Shown piece by piece: positions 1 through 14,030 of a stretch of 64,000 bases of DNA (positions are counted from its first letter, which is position 1; every line of letters begins with the position of its first letter). The notes beneath the pieces were generated by a model that was not told the origin of the DNA, made no database searches, and was given only the letters and a program-made list of their open reading frames with translations. Source of the stretch: Octopus vulgaris (taxonomy: Eukaryota); NCBI GenBank assembly GCA_951406725.2, contig OX597824.1, positions 69,068,001 through 69,132,000 on the forward strand. The letters are read 5' to 3'. Both the position numbers and the translations under genes were made by a program.

Positions 1-145
1 GGCAATGAATAACAAACAAAAATTAATCAGCATATTTTATTATAAATATAACAACAATATCATATTTATGTATCATTAACTTCTTTAATGAGGACCGCAC
101 AAGGCATATTTTTGTTGGTTTATATATTTTATGGACCCCTCACTT

Positions 146-195
146 TCACACACACACACACACATGCACATACACACATGCGCGCACACACACAA

Positions 196-262
<67 letters not shown>

Positions 263-415
263 TAATAACACTTAGTGTACGCCATATCTTCTTCATCTAG
301 AATATAATGGTGGCTTGATGTATGAATAGTATACACAAACACACATATATATATACACCTATACACATGTGCTATATATATAATACATATATACATCTGT
401 ATATATATACGTATA

Positions 416-480
<65 letters not shown>

Positions 481-496
481 TATATGTCTCTATATG

Positions 497-571
<75 letters not shown>

Positions 572-642
572 ATGTAAGGATATATATATATATATACATA
601 TATGCATATATATGTCTGTATATATATATATATATATATATA
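146..642. repeat. Compound (CA)n/(TA)n microsatellite
   Basis: Directly visible dinucleotide runs; source of the YIYI/HTHT ORFs. Confidence 0.95.
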
Positions 643-1289
643 TGCGGAGCAAGAGGGAGAGGGAGAAATAGTGCTGTGTGTTCCGTGATCTCGAATGACA
701 TTTGTTGTTGCTATGTAAGCTGGAGGTTAGCCCTTATCTAGCAAAACTATGATCAAAGACACGTTCATCTTAATCATCCTGTCTTATATACATATTGAAT
801 ATAGCTAGATTTTTATTGTTCTTTCCATATATGGTATATCAATGACTTCATGTTTCTTATCTTTTAGCCGCGTATGGCGTATCTAGGGCTTCAGTGTCCC
901 CTCTTATATTCACATGTAATCCCTTATGGTAAAGGTACAAGCCCTGAAATTTTCGACCCTAGTATTTCCCTGGTACTTATTTCATGGTCCTGAAGGTATG
1001 GAAAGCAAAGTTAAGCATTTTGTCCGGCCTGCTAATGATTTTGCCAGATCGCTACCTTTATGTCCATATATAATGTATTTGAGTCTTCAATTTCCTGTCT
1101 TGTATCCATATGTTGTCTGGTACTCCGTCGGCCAACACGATGAATATTCTAGTTTTCTTATTCCCAACGCCAGCGTCTATACAGAGTATGATTTGAAAGA
1201 ATTTAGATTGTTCTTTATTACAGATCGAGCGACTGGTCAGTAGAAAATTAAGTATCTTAGTTTATATCTTTTATATCATAATTTTTCTG

Positions 1290-1625
1290 TCATTGGACCG
1301 CAAACATGTTGGGTTACCGCTTTGAACGGTTTTGGTCGAGAAAATCCATCCCATTACTTATCTATTTCGTAAAGTCTGGCGCCTATTCTGTCAATTTGTT
1401 TTGAAGAACCACTGATGCTACGGGATGTAAACCGGTCAAGACTGGTTTTGAAGATTGAAGACTGGTGATGGGACACACGCATACACACACACATAAACAC
1501 AAATACACATGCACCCTACCCGCCACACGATTGGTTTCCACATAGTTTCCATCTACCAAATTCACTCACAAAGCATTGGTCGGCTCCTAGTGATAGTAGT
1601 AGATAGTCGTATCCACACAGCCATA
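1290..1625 (-). mobile_element. Degenerate SINE family A copy
   Basis: Diverged reverse-complement match to 55074-55473 (tttccatctaccaaattcactcacaaagcattggtcggc). Confidence 0.65.
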
Positions 1626-1760
1626 ACTGCAATAAAATTGTTGCAATCTTGAAGCATGGATTGGCAGAAGTGCAAGAGGCTCGACCAAGATTCGTTGTGG
1701 TATATGTTCCCTCCCTTAGCATTCATACAGCAACACTGCGGCGACACTTGTACTAAGAAG

Positions 1761-2277
1761 TACCGTAAATCTTCGAGTATAGTCCGCCCTTGAGTATAAT
1801 ACGCAGAGGATTTTTAGGGGATTGTACCTCTGAAAAACCTAAACTTTGTGTATAATACGCACCCCATCTCTAACTTGAGTCAAGGAGCTCTATATAACGT
1901 CCTTGGTTTGTAAAAATGTATACGATAACGTCCTTTATTATTTATTGTATATATAACATAATGGGAACGTGTAGCTTTTTTGTGCATTTTGTTTGCAGAA
2001 AATAAAGAAATAACAATAATAACGTTTAATAAATATCGCTTACTGCAAGTTATGGATGATTCTTTTATGACTTCATTGCTTTCAGGCTTAGCTTAAGGTA
2101 TTTTCGCGCCCGACATCACAAAATGCGTCTGAATAAACATTGCCGGACAGTAAATAGAGACTCGGACATTGCTTAGAAAATAATTTTCATTGTTAACCTC
2201 GTATATAGTACGCACTAGGGATTTTGACCTTTAAATTTTGGGGAAAAAATGCGGATTATACTCGAGCCTTTACGTTA
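1761..2277. mobile_element. Tc1/mariner-superfamily (Tc2-like) MITE, ~515 bp
   Basis: TIRs taccgtaaatcttcgagtatagtccgc and gcggattatactcgagcctttacgtta; TA ends; internal repeats of gtataatacgca. Confidence 0.75.
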
Positions 2278-2419
2278 TTGGTCCAAATCGATGTCTTTTC
2301 CTATGGATAAGTATTGGTGGTGTCGAAAAGAGACGATTATGATTTTGCCTTAAAAACTCTTGCCATAAATGGGCAAATCCCTGGTCAAAATTTATCGACA
2401 GCGGTCCTTCTATCCTTTT

Positions 2420-2827
2420 TATTTTACTTCATTCAGTTATTTGACTGCGGCCATATTCGGGTACTGCATTGGAAGGGTTTAGTCGAACAAATCGACCGCG
2501 AGAATTAATTTTTTAAAGCATGGTACTTATTCTATCGGTCGCTTTTGCCGAACCGCTTGGTTACAGTGACGTAAACACACCAGCATCGGTTGTCAAGTGA
2601 TATTGGGTGGGGGGTGCAAACACAAACACACAAGCATATATGCACACACACATACATACATATATATATATATACGACGGGCTTTTTTCAGTTTCCGTCT
2701 ACCAAATCCACTAACAAAGTTTTGGTCGGCCCGAGGCTATAGTAAAATACACTTGCTCAAGGTGCCACGCAGTGGGACTGAACCCGGAACCGTGTAGTTC
2801 GTAAGCAAGCTACTTACCTCACGCCTA
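2420..2827 (-). mobile_element. SINE family A (tRNA head, CORE-like segment, internal TA/TG microsatellite)
   Basis: Near full-length reverse-complement match to 55074-55473 and 59228-59718. Confidence 0.9.
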
Positions 2828-3336
2828 GTTTTCTGTACCTTTACTCATGCATCACAGTTTCAGCTAATTATTAATGTACGTTTGCTCATACATTCCGAGA
2901 CGGAATCTAGAGAAATACAAAACAGATACTTGATCATATATGTGTTCCGAAAATGGCGGTTTATTGAAATGCTAAAAAAATTTTGTCTTCGTTTTAAATC
3001 ATAAACTGATGCATATTTCTCTTATGTGTGTGTGGAGACACTAATTTTGGCTTTAATTAGCAATCCACAAGTATAATTATTTATGGATACAAAGAGTAGC
3101 ATTATTATAACGACGGATGTAGCGAGAAATACGAAAAAGCTACGTAATTAAAAAAACAAAATAAAATGAATATGTAAACAAGACAAACAAGTAATTAAAA
3201 TATATTTTTTCGATTCAAATATTTTATTTTTAAATCTAAATTTTAAATAGAATAGGAGAAAACACCATAAGTACAGATACATACATAAATATGTGCATAC
3301 GTACACATACTCTCACGCACAAACATGCTGACACAA

Positions 3337-3391
<55 letters not shown>

Positions 3392-3548
3392 CATTATTCT
3401 TATTATATCATAGTTCTTTTTGCTAATGATAAATGCACAATACACAGCATAACTCAAAAAGTCACACGCTTCTCAATACAAAAGGCACTGTAGTATATTG
3501 AGTATTATAACAAAATACACACATCCCAACTTGATTGTGCATATATAC

Positions 3549-3604
<56 letters not shown>

Positions 3605-3811
3605 CATACATACATACATACATACATAAAGGAGAATCTGGATAAACAGGAATTTTCAGTCCAACCTGTGAGTGGAACAGTAAAAATGTGCAAGACTTTT
3701 CTCAAGTTTCAGAAGTGAATTTGTCTTTGTTAACTACCTCCCAAAGAGGTATCGTTGTTGGAAACCGGCTCCCTCCTCAGTGGAAGATTTATAATAATTA
3801 AAAATTGAAGA

Positions 3812-3872
<61 letters not shown>

Positions 3873-4095
3873 TTAAGCTTTGACTGCATACTTATATCTT
3901 TTGTATACTCTTAATAATAATTTCAATAATGATTATTACTTATAAGGTTTTTATTCCCATGCTGGCCACATTACATTCATTGCGGTTGTATTTTGACCAT
4001 TTTGCACGCGGAGTTTAGACGGGCATTTAAACCGGTCGTGTAAATATGTACATATATATATGTGTATACGTGCTTATATGTAAGTATTCACATGT

Positions 4096-4126
<31 letters not shown>

Positions 4127-4150
4127 TTCTAACTATATATTATCTGTGTA

Positions 4151-4211
4151 TATTCCACTGATGAGACAGAATATATTTTTATGCAAAACCAGAAATCCGG
4201 ATCCGGGATTA
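4151..4211 (+). ncRNA. Degenerate minimal hammerhead-like motif (Penelope-type)
   Basis: ttcca-CTGATGA-...-GAAA-tccgga (palindrome)-TC-cggga; stems I and II imperfect; next to (TA)n. Confidence 0.4.
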
Positions 4212-5007
4212 TCCAATAAATTTTTTGGCTACTTTATTTGTCTTTTTGTCTTTTCTCCTAGTACTGTATGAATACATGATGTGGTGTTGGAGTCAAGTTC
4301 TGACGACTATCTCTAGCATGGTGCTATCTTTTAGATACCCTTAATTATAATTTTATATACATACATGCATACATACATACTTCCATACACACATACATAC
4401 ATACATACATACATACATACATAGATACATACATACATACATACATACATACATGCATACATACATATATGTATGTATATATATATATAGATATATATTT
4501 ATGTATGTATGTATTTATATATGTAAAATAAATAACAATTGATGGACAGGTATCCATTACAGCCGTTTCTAACGAATATTTTAATTAATGAATGAGTATA
4601 TTATACCATGAGAAAAAAAATGTTTTCTTCAGATAAATACACGAATCTTACAATCAAAGATATTTTAAATATTTCTAAATAATTCAAAATCCGCAGCACC
4701 AACATTTTCTATGATTCTACGACTGGCTGTTACTGTAGAATGACTTAACCAAAAAGAAAGCAAGAAAAAAAACAAAAAAAAAAAAACAGCATGTACATTC
4801 AAGTGGTATAACGAGAGGGGAGAAACACTATGACACCAAATGAGGAGGATATTTAAGAATTTATAGCCTAAGTTGGGGTTAGTGTGCATTGTATCGAGAG
4901 GTAAGGATAAAGGAAACCCATTATCACACCTCTCAGCAATAAAGTGATGTCTCTATTCATCTAAGATACAATTCGATATATACATGTTTATACATGTGTA
5001 TATACAT

Positions 5008-5314
5008 GTGAAGGCACGTGGCTTAGTGGCTAGTTTATTCGAACCACGATTGTAAGATCGCAAGTCCGGCACCTGAGGGCGCGCTGTGTTCTTGAGCAAG
5101 ACACTTTTTTCACGTTGTTCCAGTTTACTCATCAAGCAAAAATGAATTGTACAAGTAATACAAAAGGCCTCTGTGTCAGACTAAATTCCATGACAACTGT
5201 GGGGTACATGTGTATATGGTGCACTCAGCCACGTGCGCGTTAATTTCACAAGCAGGCTTTGCACTTGATCCAATCAACGGGAATCCTGGTCGTCGTAATC
5301 GACGGAGAACCACA

Positions 5315-5315
<1 letters not shown>
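5008..5315 (+). mobile_element. SINE family B (tRNA head plus CORE-like domain), diverged
   Basis: A-box tggcttagtgg; CORE-like tgtgttcttgagcaagacactt; tail gtcgtcgtaatcgacggag shared with the 5686, 8090 and 40266 copies. Confidence 0.85.
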
Positions 5316-5367
<52 letters not shown>

Positions 5368-5369
<2 letters not shown>

Positions 5370-5545
5370 CGCAGGAGTGGCTGTGTGGTAAGTAGCTTGT
5401 TTACCAACCACATGGTTCCGGGTTCAGTCCCACTGCGTAGCACCTTGGACAAAGTATCTCCTACTATAGCCTCGGGCTGACCAAAGCCTTGTGAGTGGAT
5501 TTGGCAGTTAAATGACTGAAACAAGTAAAAGAGAGAGTAAAAGAG
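5368..5545 (+). mobile_element. SINE family A with internal deletion
   Basis: Head ggcgcaggagtggctgtgtggtaag... joined directly to tail aaatgactgaaacaagtaaaagag. Confidence 0.85.
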
Positions 5546-5685
5546 TATATATATATATATATACTATATATGGACATATATTTACAGGTAGACAAATGGA
5601 AAGGCACTGACATGCACACATATTTACATGTCTATTAAGGCTGGATCTGTATGTCGATATTCCATTGTCCTGTATTGTGTGAATC

Positions 5686-6008
5686 GTGAGGGCGCGTGGC
5701 TTAGTGGTTAGGGCATTCGGCTCATGATCGTAAGGTTGTGAGTTCGATTCCCGGCGACGCGTTGTGTCCTTGAGCAAGACACTTTATTTCACGTTGCTCC
5801 AGTCCACTCAGCTGGCAAAAATGAGTTGTACTTGTATTTCAAAGGGTCAGCCTTGTCACTCTCCGTGTCACGCTGATTATCTCCGAGAACTACGTTGAGG
5901 GTACACGTGTCTGTGGAATGCTCAGCAATTTGCACGTTAATTTCACGAGCAAGCTGTTCCGTTGATCGTATCAGCTGGGACCCTCGTCGTCGTAACCGGC
6001 GGAGTCTT
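5686..6008 (+). mobile_element. SINE family B, full length
   Basis: A-box tggcttagtggt, B-box gagttcgattcc, CORE-like tgtgtccttgagcaagacactt; highly similar to the 8090 and 40266 copies. Confidence 0.9.
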
Positions 6009-6301
6009 TTTTATTGTGTGAATCTCTCTTTAATTACAACTTTTTAAAATATATTTTTAATTGTAAGACTCTATGGTAAATGGCTTCAAATTTTTTTCTC
6101 CTGATTAACTTCCGGTCGGATCGTCTTTCATTTCAAAATTAATGCAATTTGCTATTTTTTCAAAAACCGTTTTGCCAGTATTCTCCATTTCTCTTTTCTT
6201 TCTTTTTCTTTCTTTTTTCTTTTTTAAACTTCGTTTTAACCCTGGATTTTAATTCGTTAGACGTTTGTAATGGAAATCAATGAATATTTCTCTTTCTGCA
6301 A

Positions 6302-6302
<1 letters not shown>

Positions 6303-6388
<86 letters not shown>

Positions 6389-6474
6389 GATCGATCTATC
6401 TGTATCTATCTATATCTATCTAGTTATCTATATCTATCTGTCTCTGTGTCTGTCTGATTTTCTGTCTGTCTGTC

Positions 6475-6520
<46 letters not shown>

Positions 6521-6590
6521 CATCTATCTATCTATCTATATTTACATCTATATATCTATCTATCTATCTATTTATCTATCTATCTATATC
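6303..6590. repeat. (ATCT)n microsatellite
   Basis: Directly visible. Confidence 0.95.
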
Positions 6591-7266
6591 CATCTAACGA
6601 CCTATATGTATATTTCATATTTACAGGTGTATGAATATATATATATATATATATGTGTGTGTGTATCTATATATATGTATATATGTGTGTATATATATAT
6701 CTATATGTGGTTGTGTGTATATATGTATATATATGTGTGTGTGTGTGATTGTTCTAATATATTTTTTTGAATCATAATCAACATGGCTAATTATATTTCG
6801 TTTCTTGTTTGTTTCATGTGTAATGGGATTTTATTACCGAATTTGTGTGCTTATATGCGTGTAGGTCCATCTATATATTTTATGCAGTAATATGTACGCT
6901 CGCGTTTGAGTGCGTGTGGCGGGAATGGTGTTTAGTGCCAGTGTGTGTACATAACAACATCGAACATTATTTAGTTGTCAAGTGGTAAAGGAGGACACAT
7001 AAACACGAACATCCACACACAGACACAAACACATATTCGACGGGCTTCTTTCTGTTTCTTTGTACCAAATCCACTTGCAAGCATTCTAGTACTACCTGAA
7101 GTAAAACCAAATGGATTGGTTTCGAATGCTGGATTTTTATTTTATTTCTGTAATTGAATTTATTGGGTTTGGAATTATCTGTAGGCAGGAATTTCTCTGC
7201 ATGACTTTGAATGTCTTTGAAAACAAAACGTTTGTACGTCAATTTTTTCTATTTTCTTCATTTTGT

Positions 7267-7327
<61 letters not shown>

Positions 7328-7377
7328 ATTTATTAAAAGCACCAGAAATATCATTCTAATAGTAATATCATTCTAAC

Positions 7378-7423
7378 AAAACTGTCCGACGAACGGAAAC
7401 GTGAAACTCTGAGTAACAGTTTT
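7378..7423 (+). ncRNA. Minimal type-I hammerhead ribozyme motif (one core change) in a Penelope-like terminal-repeat fragment
   Basis: aaaactgt-CCGACGA-acg(gaaa)cgt-GAAA-ctc t gag-TA-acagtttt; 8-bp stem I; enclosed by a 26-bp perfect inverted repeat at 7329-7354 / 7425-7450. Confidence 0.7.
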
Positions 7424-7613
7424 TATGATATTTCTGGTGCTTTTAATAAAGCATATTACTCTACCTCTGGTATTTGAGTACTCTTTTTTCCACCCTATGG
7501 CGAGAGAGAGAGACGTAATATTTATAACCACTTCAAAATTGCTGTTCCGTAGAAACCGACATTACTACTGTGTTTAATCCCATAAGTCTACCACCTTCAG
7601 CTGGATATCGATG

Positions 7614-7671
<58 letters not shown>

Positions 7672-8089
7672 ATATATATATCCGATATATATGGCAAACA
7701 GGGGAGTGAACTCTCACTACCTTCTACCGGCGACGGGACCACTAGACCGTCCAGTTTCGAGTTATTTGTGCTCATTCTCAGTGGTGGACACCCGTCTGCT
7801 AAAGATAGCAGTAGATTGCCCCAGCTCGCAATATATATATAAAAGTGAACGACGACCGGTCACTGAACATGCAGCAAGCAAAATAGCCAGTTAGAAAATC
7901 TCCAACAGTTAGATATCGATGCAATCAGTACCCGATATATTGCATGCAGGGAAGCGAACCCTCAACTTCTCCCATGCTTCCCAGCATCGGCAACAAGTTG
8001 TTTGAGTCGCCCTCATGGAGTTTAAAACGTATGTTCGTACGAAACAGCCATGTTACTAATTTCATCTCTTATAGAAATTTTCTAACTCC

Positions 8090-8410
8090 TTACACGTGGC
8101 TTAGTGGTTAGGGCATTCGGATCACGATTGTAAGGTCATGAACTCAATTCCCGGCGACGCGTTGTGTCCTTGAGCAAAACACTTTATTTTACTTTGCTCC
8201 AATCCACTCAGCTGACAAAAATGAGTTGTACCTGTATTTCAAAGAGCCGGTCTTGTCACACTCTGTGTCTCGCTGAATCTCCCTGAGAACTAAGTTAGGG
8301 GTACACGTGTCTGTGGATTGTTCAGTCACTTGCACGTTAATTTCACGAGCAAGCTGTTCCGTTGATCGTATCAGCTGGGACCCTCGTCGTCGTAACCGAC
8401 GGAGTGCTCC
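8090..8410 (+). mobile_element. SINE family B
   Basis: Colinear with 5686-6008. Confidence 0.9.
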
Positions 8411-8449
8411 TTTATATATATATATGTGTGTGTGTGTATATATATATGT

Positions 8450-8960
8450 GTAGACAACAAACAGATGTATTAGTATAACGCTTTAACGTTTCGAGCCTAC
8501 GCTCTTCTGTAGAAAGGAACACAGAAAGAAACAAGGAAAGAAAATAAAGAATGTGTAGTGGCTAGCGATCTATCATGGCAAATGCCGGACAGAAGGGTCA
8601 ACATGTGATGTGATGTGTTGTGTGGTGTGGTATGGTGGTGTAGTGTGATGCTGTTGGGAGTCGGGAGAAGCGAGGGTGAGGAAAGCAAGGGTGAGGTGTG
8701 AGTTAGGCTGAGGGTAGGGCTAGAGGTGGAGTATGTGGGTAGGCAGAAGGTGGGGTTAGAGGTGGGGCATGTTGTAGTGGGTGTGAGGGATGGGAAGGAT
8801 AGGGATGGTGCGGTTGGAATGTGTAGGGGTGGGGTGGGCTTACGAGGAAGGGGTGACGATGAAGGGGAGGAGAAGGGGGGTTAGGAGTGAAGAGAAGAGC
8901 GAAGGAGAGTAGGAGTGAAGAGAAGAAGTAGGAGTCGGAGCAAGAGAGGAGATGTAGGTG
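8450..8960 (-). mobile_element. Probable Penelope-like element terminal fragment with hammerhead-like variant (8481-8516)
   Basis: Homologous to 36430-36990; minus strand reads gagc-gtag-gctc-GAAA-cg; flanked by TA repeats. Confidence 0.55.
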
Positions 8961-8990
8961 GGAGAATATATATATAGAGAGAGATAGAAA

Positions 8991-9056
<66 letters not shown>

Positions 9057-9365
9057 GGATAGATAGATAGATAGATAGATGTACACGATGGACACTCCCG
9101 TCGAAGACAACGTATGAGCGTTCAGCTTTTGCCGAACGATCTACGCAAATGATTTGTTTCCAGTGATCGAATGTGCTGTACATTAATTCAGTCCCACCAG
9201 ATCGAAGTTGACTGTGAGCAAGTGTACGGAATATCACGCACTTGGTGTGGAAGTGATCGCAGAGCAACGTGGGGTGAAGTGTTTTGCTCAAGAACACAAT
9301 GTCCCACCGCTAGGCCATACATATATGTACATATGTATGTGTGTATGTATGCATGTATTATGTAT

Positions 9366-9705
9366 GTGAAGGCGCGTGGCTCAGTGGTTAGAGCGTCGAG
9401 CTTACGATCGTGAGGTTGTGAGCTCGAATTCCAGACCGGGCTGCGTGTTGTGTTCTTGAGCAAGACGCTTTATTTGACGCTGCTCCAGTTCACTCAGCTG
9501 TAGAAATGAGTTGCGACGTCACAGGTGCCAAGCTGTATCGGCCTTTGCCTTTCCCTTGGATAACGCTGGTGATGTGGAGAGGGGAGGCCGGTATGCATGG
9601 GCGACTGCTGGTCTTCCATAAAACAACTTTGCCCAGACTTGTGCCTGGGAGGGTAACTCTCTAGGTGCAAGCCCATGGTCAGTGTCTGACCGAAGGGGGT
9701 CACAA
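9366..9705 (+). mobile_element. SINE family B2 (B head and CORE, alternative 3' tail)
   Basis: Head like family B; tail ggtgccaagctgtatcggcc...gtaactctctaggtgcaa shared in reverse with 46760-47035. Confidence 0.85.
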
Positions 9706-9713
9706 TCACAATT

Positions 9714-9812
9714 ATGTATGTATGTATGTATGTATGTATGTATGTATGTATGTATGTATGTATGTATGTATGTATGTATGTATGTATGTATGTATGTATG
9801 TATGTATGTATG
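9714..9812. repeat. (ATGT)n microsatellite
   Basis: Directly visible. Confidence 0.95.
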
Positions 9813-10171
9813 TATATATGTGTGTATGCAGATTCATTACATCTGTTGCATACTGAGGCGACGGTAGCCGAAAAAGAAAACCTTCAGTGAAATATTCATG
9901 CAGGAATGAAGATATTTGCCAGCATTGCTGGCAGGATTACTGAGGGCATGCTTCAAGAGGCAACCATAGTTATCACATATGCGCAGAAGTGTGCAGATTA
10001 TTTGTGGGACTGAAAAAATATATATGGCGCGAATTCGAGTTACAGGCGACACCCGCACACACACACGCGCGCACAAACACTCAGGCACATTCGCACACAC
10101 ACACACATACATATAAACATGTATGAAGATTGATAGTGAGATATCGATATCGATAAATATATGTGTGCGTG

Positions 10172-10222
<51 letters not shown>

Positions 10223-10256
10223 TTTGTGTTTTTTTGTGCTTTCTTGTTTGGATTAA

Positions 10257-10333
<77 letters not shown>

Positions 10334-10411
10334 ATATATATATACATATATACTTACATACAAGCATATATATGATATATATATATATACACATATAAAG
10401 ATATATATATG

Positions 10412-10503
<92 letters not shown>

Positions 10504-10534
10504 ACGCTTATACGCGCAGCTATGTAAATAAATA

Positions 10535-10591
<57 letters not shown>

Positions 10592-10944
10592 TTGTGCGTA
10601 TGTGCGTGTGTGTGCGTATGTACTAACATAGACATACTGCACATACGTATATATGTATACATATACATCAATGATCGCATATAGATATCAATGGAAAATA
10701 AGATAAGCAGATATATTGGAAATTTTTGTAAATCTGTGCAAAGACGTGAATGGAAAGTAAATCGATGTTTGAAAATATATTTGTGTTTCTCGATAATGTT
10801 AACGGAGTATATCAGTGCACATGCACCTAAATATGTTCTTAAAGGTGTATGTATCTACCTTATGTATTCTTGAAAGTACTTTCCGGAGAAATGCGCGTAT
10901 ATGTATAGATTTATTTCATTTATTTATGCGCTTTTTTCAAGCCT

Positions 10945-11175
10945 AGCCCGGCTCGTGGGCCCGGTTTTCCCGGTTTCTGTGGGCTATGTGTTTCCCCCAG
11001 CTGGACGGAACGCCAGTCCATCTGAAGAAGAGAGAGTGAGTGAAAGTTGGGGCAGAAGAGTACAACAGGGGTCACCACACCCTGCTGGAGCCTCGTGGAG
11101 CTTTAGGTGTTTTCGCTCAATAAACACACACAACGCCCGGTCTGGGAATCGAAGCTACGGACTATTGCGCCTCCA
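10945..11175 (-). mobile_element. SINE family C copy
   Basis: Matches 12215-12510 (+) and 54700-54960 (-): cagctggacgg...gagcctcgtggagcttt...tctgggaatcgaa. Confidence 0.8.
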
Positions 11176-11177
11176 CA

Positions 11178-11257
<80 letters not shown>

Positions 11258-11308
11258 CTGAAATGTTCTTTATAAAATTATTTTAGCATTTTCTATTTTG
11301 ACTTGTTT

Positions 11309-11411
<103 letters not shown>

Positions 11412-12214
11412 ATGTAAATAAGCTCTAGGGTGTTTTCTAATTTCTAAAACGCTTTCTAATTTTGGTACAAGGCCGTTTATTTGTTGAAGCGCAAGGCTGG
11501 TTGATTCCATTGATACTTGAACTTTATTGGTAATTTATGTTATTGATCATGGAATGATGAAATGCCAAATTGATCTCAACCAAATTTGAACTCGGCCTGC
11601 AGAGCCACGGAAGAGATAACACTTGTCATTTTTTTCTGATGTTCTAGCGATTCTACCATCTCATAGTTTTTCTGGATCGTTACATTATGGGTTCAATATC
11701 GCTGAGGTGAGTTTTCATTCTTTTTCTGAAGGTGCATGGACTAGTCGTTAGGCTGTTGCACTCACAATCGCCAGATCGGTGGTTCGATTCCCAGTCCGGG
11801 CGGTGTGTTGTGTTCTTGAGCGAAACACTTCATTTCACATTGCTCACGTGCTGTTTTGAGTGGGGCAGCAAGTCAAAGAATTGATCCAACGTTTCTTTTG
11901 TGTGCTGTAAATGGCGAAGAAAAGAGGTTATGGCAGGATTTGCACCCCAACCTCGTAAAACCCTCATTGGTATCGACTATTCAAACAGAACCATGGTTTA
12001 GAGGGTCGTCGCCTGAGTGGCGCAGAATTGCCATCCACCAGGAGTAAGGAATCGCCAACAAACGTTCATTGCAGCGATGCACTGTTAGATCGTATACCCC
12101 ATGTCACTACTACTATTTTCGGTGAAGTAAAGTGCTAGTCAAGTACTGGATACTAGGACCGTTGGCATAGATTAATTTCCCTCCAGCAAATTTCGGTCCC
12201 TGTATCTATGTTAG

Positions 12215-12510
12215 GTGGCGGCACATGGCCTGGTGGTTAGAACAGTGGACTCACGGTCGAGGGATCGCGGATTCGAATCTCAGACCAGGCGGTGTTTGTT
12301 TATGAGCGAAACACCTAAGCTCTACGCGGCTGCGGCACAAGGTAATGGCAAACTTCTGCTGATTCTTTCACCACAACTTTCTTTCACTCTTTCTTCCTGC
12401 ACCCAGCAGCTTATTTGCGACGAACTGGCGTACCGTCCAGGTGGAGAACCTATACGCCAATTAAACCGGGAAACCAGCCGTTATGAGCCAGCCATGAATT
12501 CGGAAGGAGC
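12215..12510 (+). mobile_element. SINE family C (tRNA head)
   Basis: A-box tggcctggtggttag, B-box-like gattcgaatc; body shared with the 10945 and 54700 copies. Confidence 0.8.
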
Positions 12511-12624
12511 AAACAGCAACAATCTATGTTAGAGAAATTTGTGTGCGTTTTGAGACAGATGGATGAATTAACTTTTGGCATCAAATTGGAGTAATTTAGA
12601 ATTAATACTATTGGGTAGAAAAAA

Positions 12625-12842
12625 GGTGGTGAGCAGGCAGAATTGTTTGCACGCCGGAGTATATGCTTAGCGGCATTTCGTTCGTCTTTACGTTCTGAGT
12701 TCAAATTTCGCCGAGGTCGACTTTACCTTTTATCCTTTCGATGTCGATAAATTAAATACCAGTTGGAGACTGGGGTCGATGTAATCGACTACTCCCCACC
12801 CCCCAAAAAATTTCAGGCCTTGTGCCTATAGTAGAAAAAAGA
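12625..12842 (+). mobile_element. SINE family D (Nin/Deu-domain-like)
   Basis: gagttcaaat B-box; cctttcgatgtcgataaattaaataccag resembles the Nin/Deu domain; many copies in the window. Confidence 0.85.
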
Positions 12843-13399
12843 TTATTTGGTATAGATTATGCCCAACTAGACAACTTTGCAAGAGTGAGGCTTGAGCATA
12901 GGTATAATATTGTCAGTTATTTGTGTCATAAATTAATCCAGTTTGGTTTTTGGTTCGTTGGAAAAATAATTATGAAGGTGGAGACCTGGCAGAAACGTAA
13001 GCTCGTTTGAAAGAAAAATGCTAAGTGGCGTTTCTTCAGGCTCTTTGCATTTTGAGTTAAAATCCTACCGAGGTTTACTCGACCTTTTATTCCTTTGAGC
13101 TTCATAAAATAAAGTATTAGAGTCAAATAACAGAGTCGACATAATCGATTTGCTTCTCTCCTCAACCCTCCAATGAACCAGCATCTTGTTCAAGAAAATG
13201 TTGTTGCCCCGGCCACTTATACGCCATGGAAATCGGATAACTAGCGTTATGGGGCTCGAGAGAAAAAGTGTTTATGGCCTTTTGGTCGTTTGGGGATTGG
13301 AGAAACAATTTGGAGTCGGATATCTTATCTGACTCTCTGCGTTCTGATAGTAACGTTTGCGACGACCCTGCTACCATGCTAAATTGATCCAAGTCGACT

Positions 13400-14030
13400 G
13401 CTTTCCCTTGGATACACATCACATCAGTGGTATAAAGAAGTGCTATCAGTGCTCATGTACATCTGCAAATGTTTGTCTAAGGGGAAATTCCAATCAAAGC
13501 CTCCACATACATGTGCAGATGAAGAATGACCAACATTGGGCGATGGCGGCTCTCTGCTAGAGTGCTTTTGATCAAAGTTATCTTTCTTGTATAACGCTTG
13601 TTGAAGTTTGATTCCTGTACTTCTTTCGAAGATCATATCCAAGGTAATTTTTCTTGCATTCTATTGATTACATTTAAATATTCCACCCGTATTTATTTTT
13701 TGGAAGAAGAGATTATAGAGGTAGATACACATCTGTTATGATCAAAATGTCTATTTCATATAGATTTTTACATTTATCAGAATGTACGAAAACTTTGTTA
13801 GAATTTTCAGTCTTGCTCTATTTATCATAATTTTGCCTGGAATCAGCCATAAAATTTTCCATAATAAATATTCTCGTTGAATAAGAACATTCCTGCTTTA
13901 AGTTATTATTTATCCGAGAAAGAAGCAAACCATTGGAACGCTTGTTCATTAAACGCTATCCTCATTCTGCTCTCCTTAATTCAGTTTCTGGATTTTTTTG
14001 CCTTAGTGTCTTCGCCTCGTGAAGGTGCAT
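13400..14030 (-). pseudogene. Possible highly decayed Helitron PIF1-like helicase remnant
   Basis: By-eye minus-strand translation gives fragments resembling LxxNMR, AILAPKN..INxxxQxxLP and FPLRxxFA in the expected order. Confidence 0.35.

Noticed and set aside
88-741. YIYI/HTHT/CVCV ORFs here and throughout the window
   Set aside because: Dinucleotide microsatellite translations
4300-4325. CTGACGA-cta..tag hammerhead half
   Set aside because: No GAAA or cleavage triplet follows
5686-5760. tRNA-like sequence with A and B boxes
   Set aside because: Head of a multicopy SINE continuing into a CORE-like body; no proper acceptor stem
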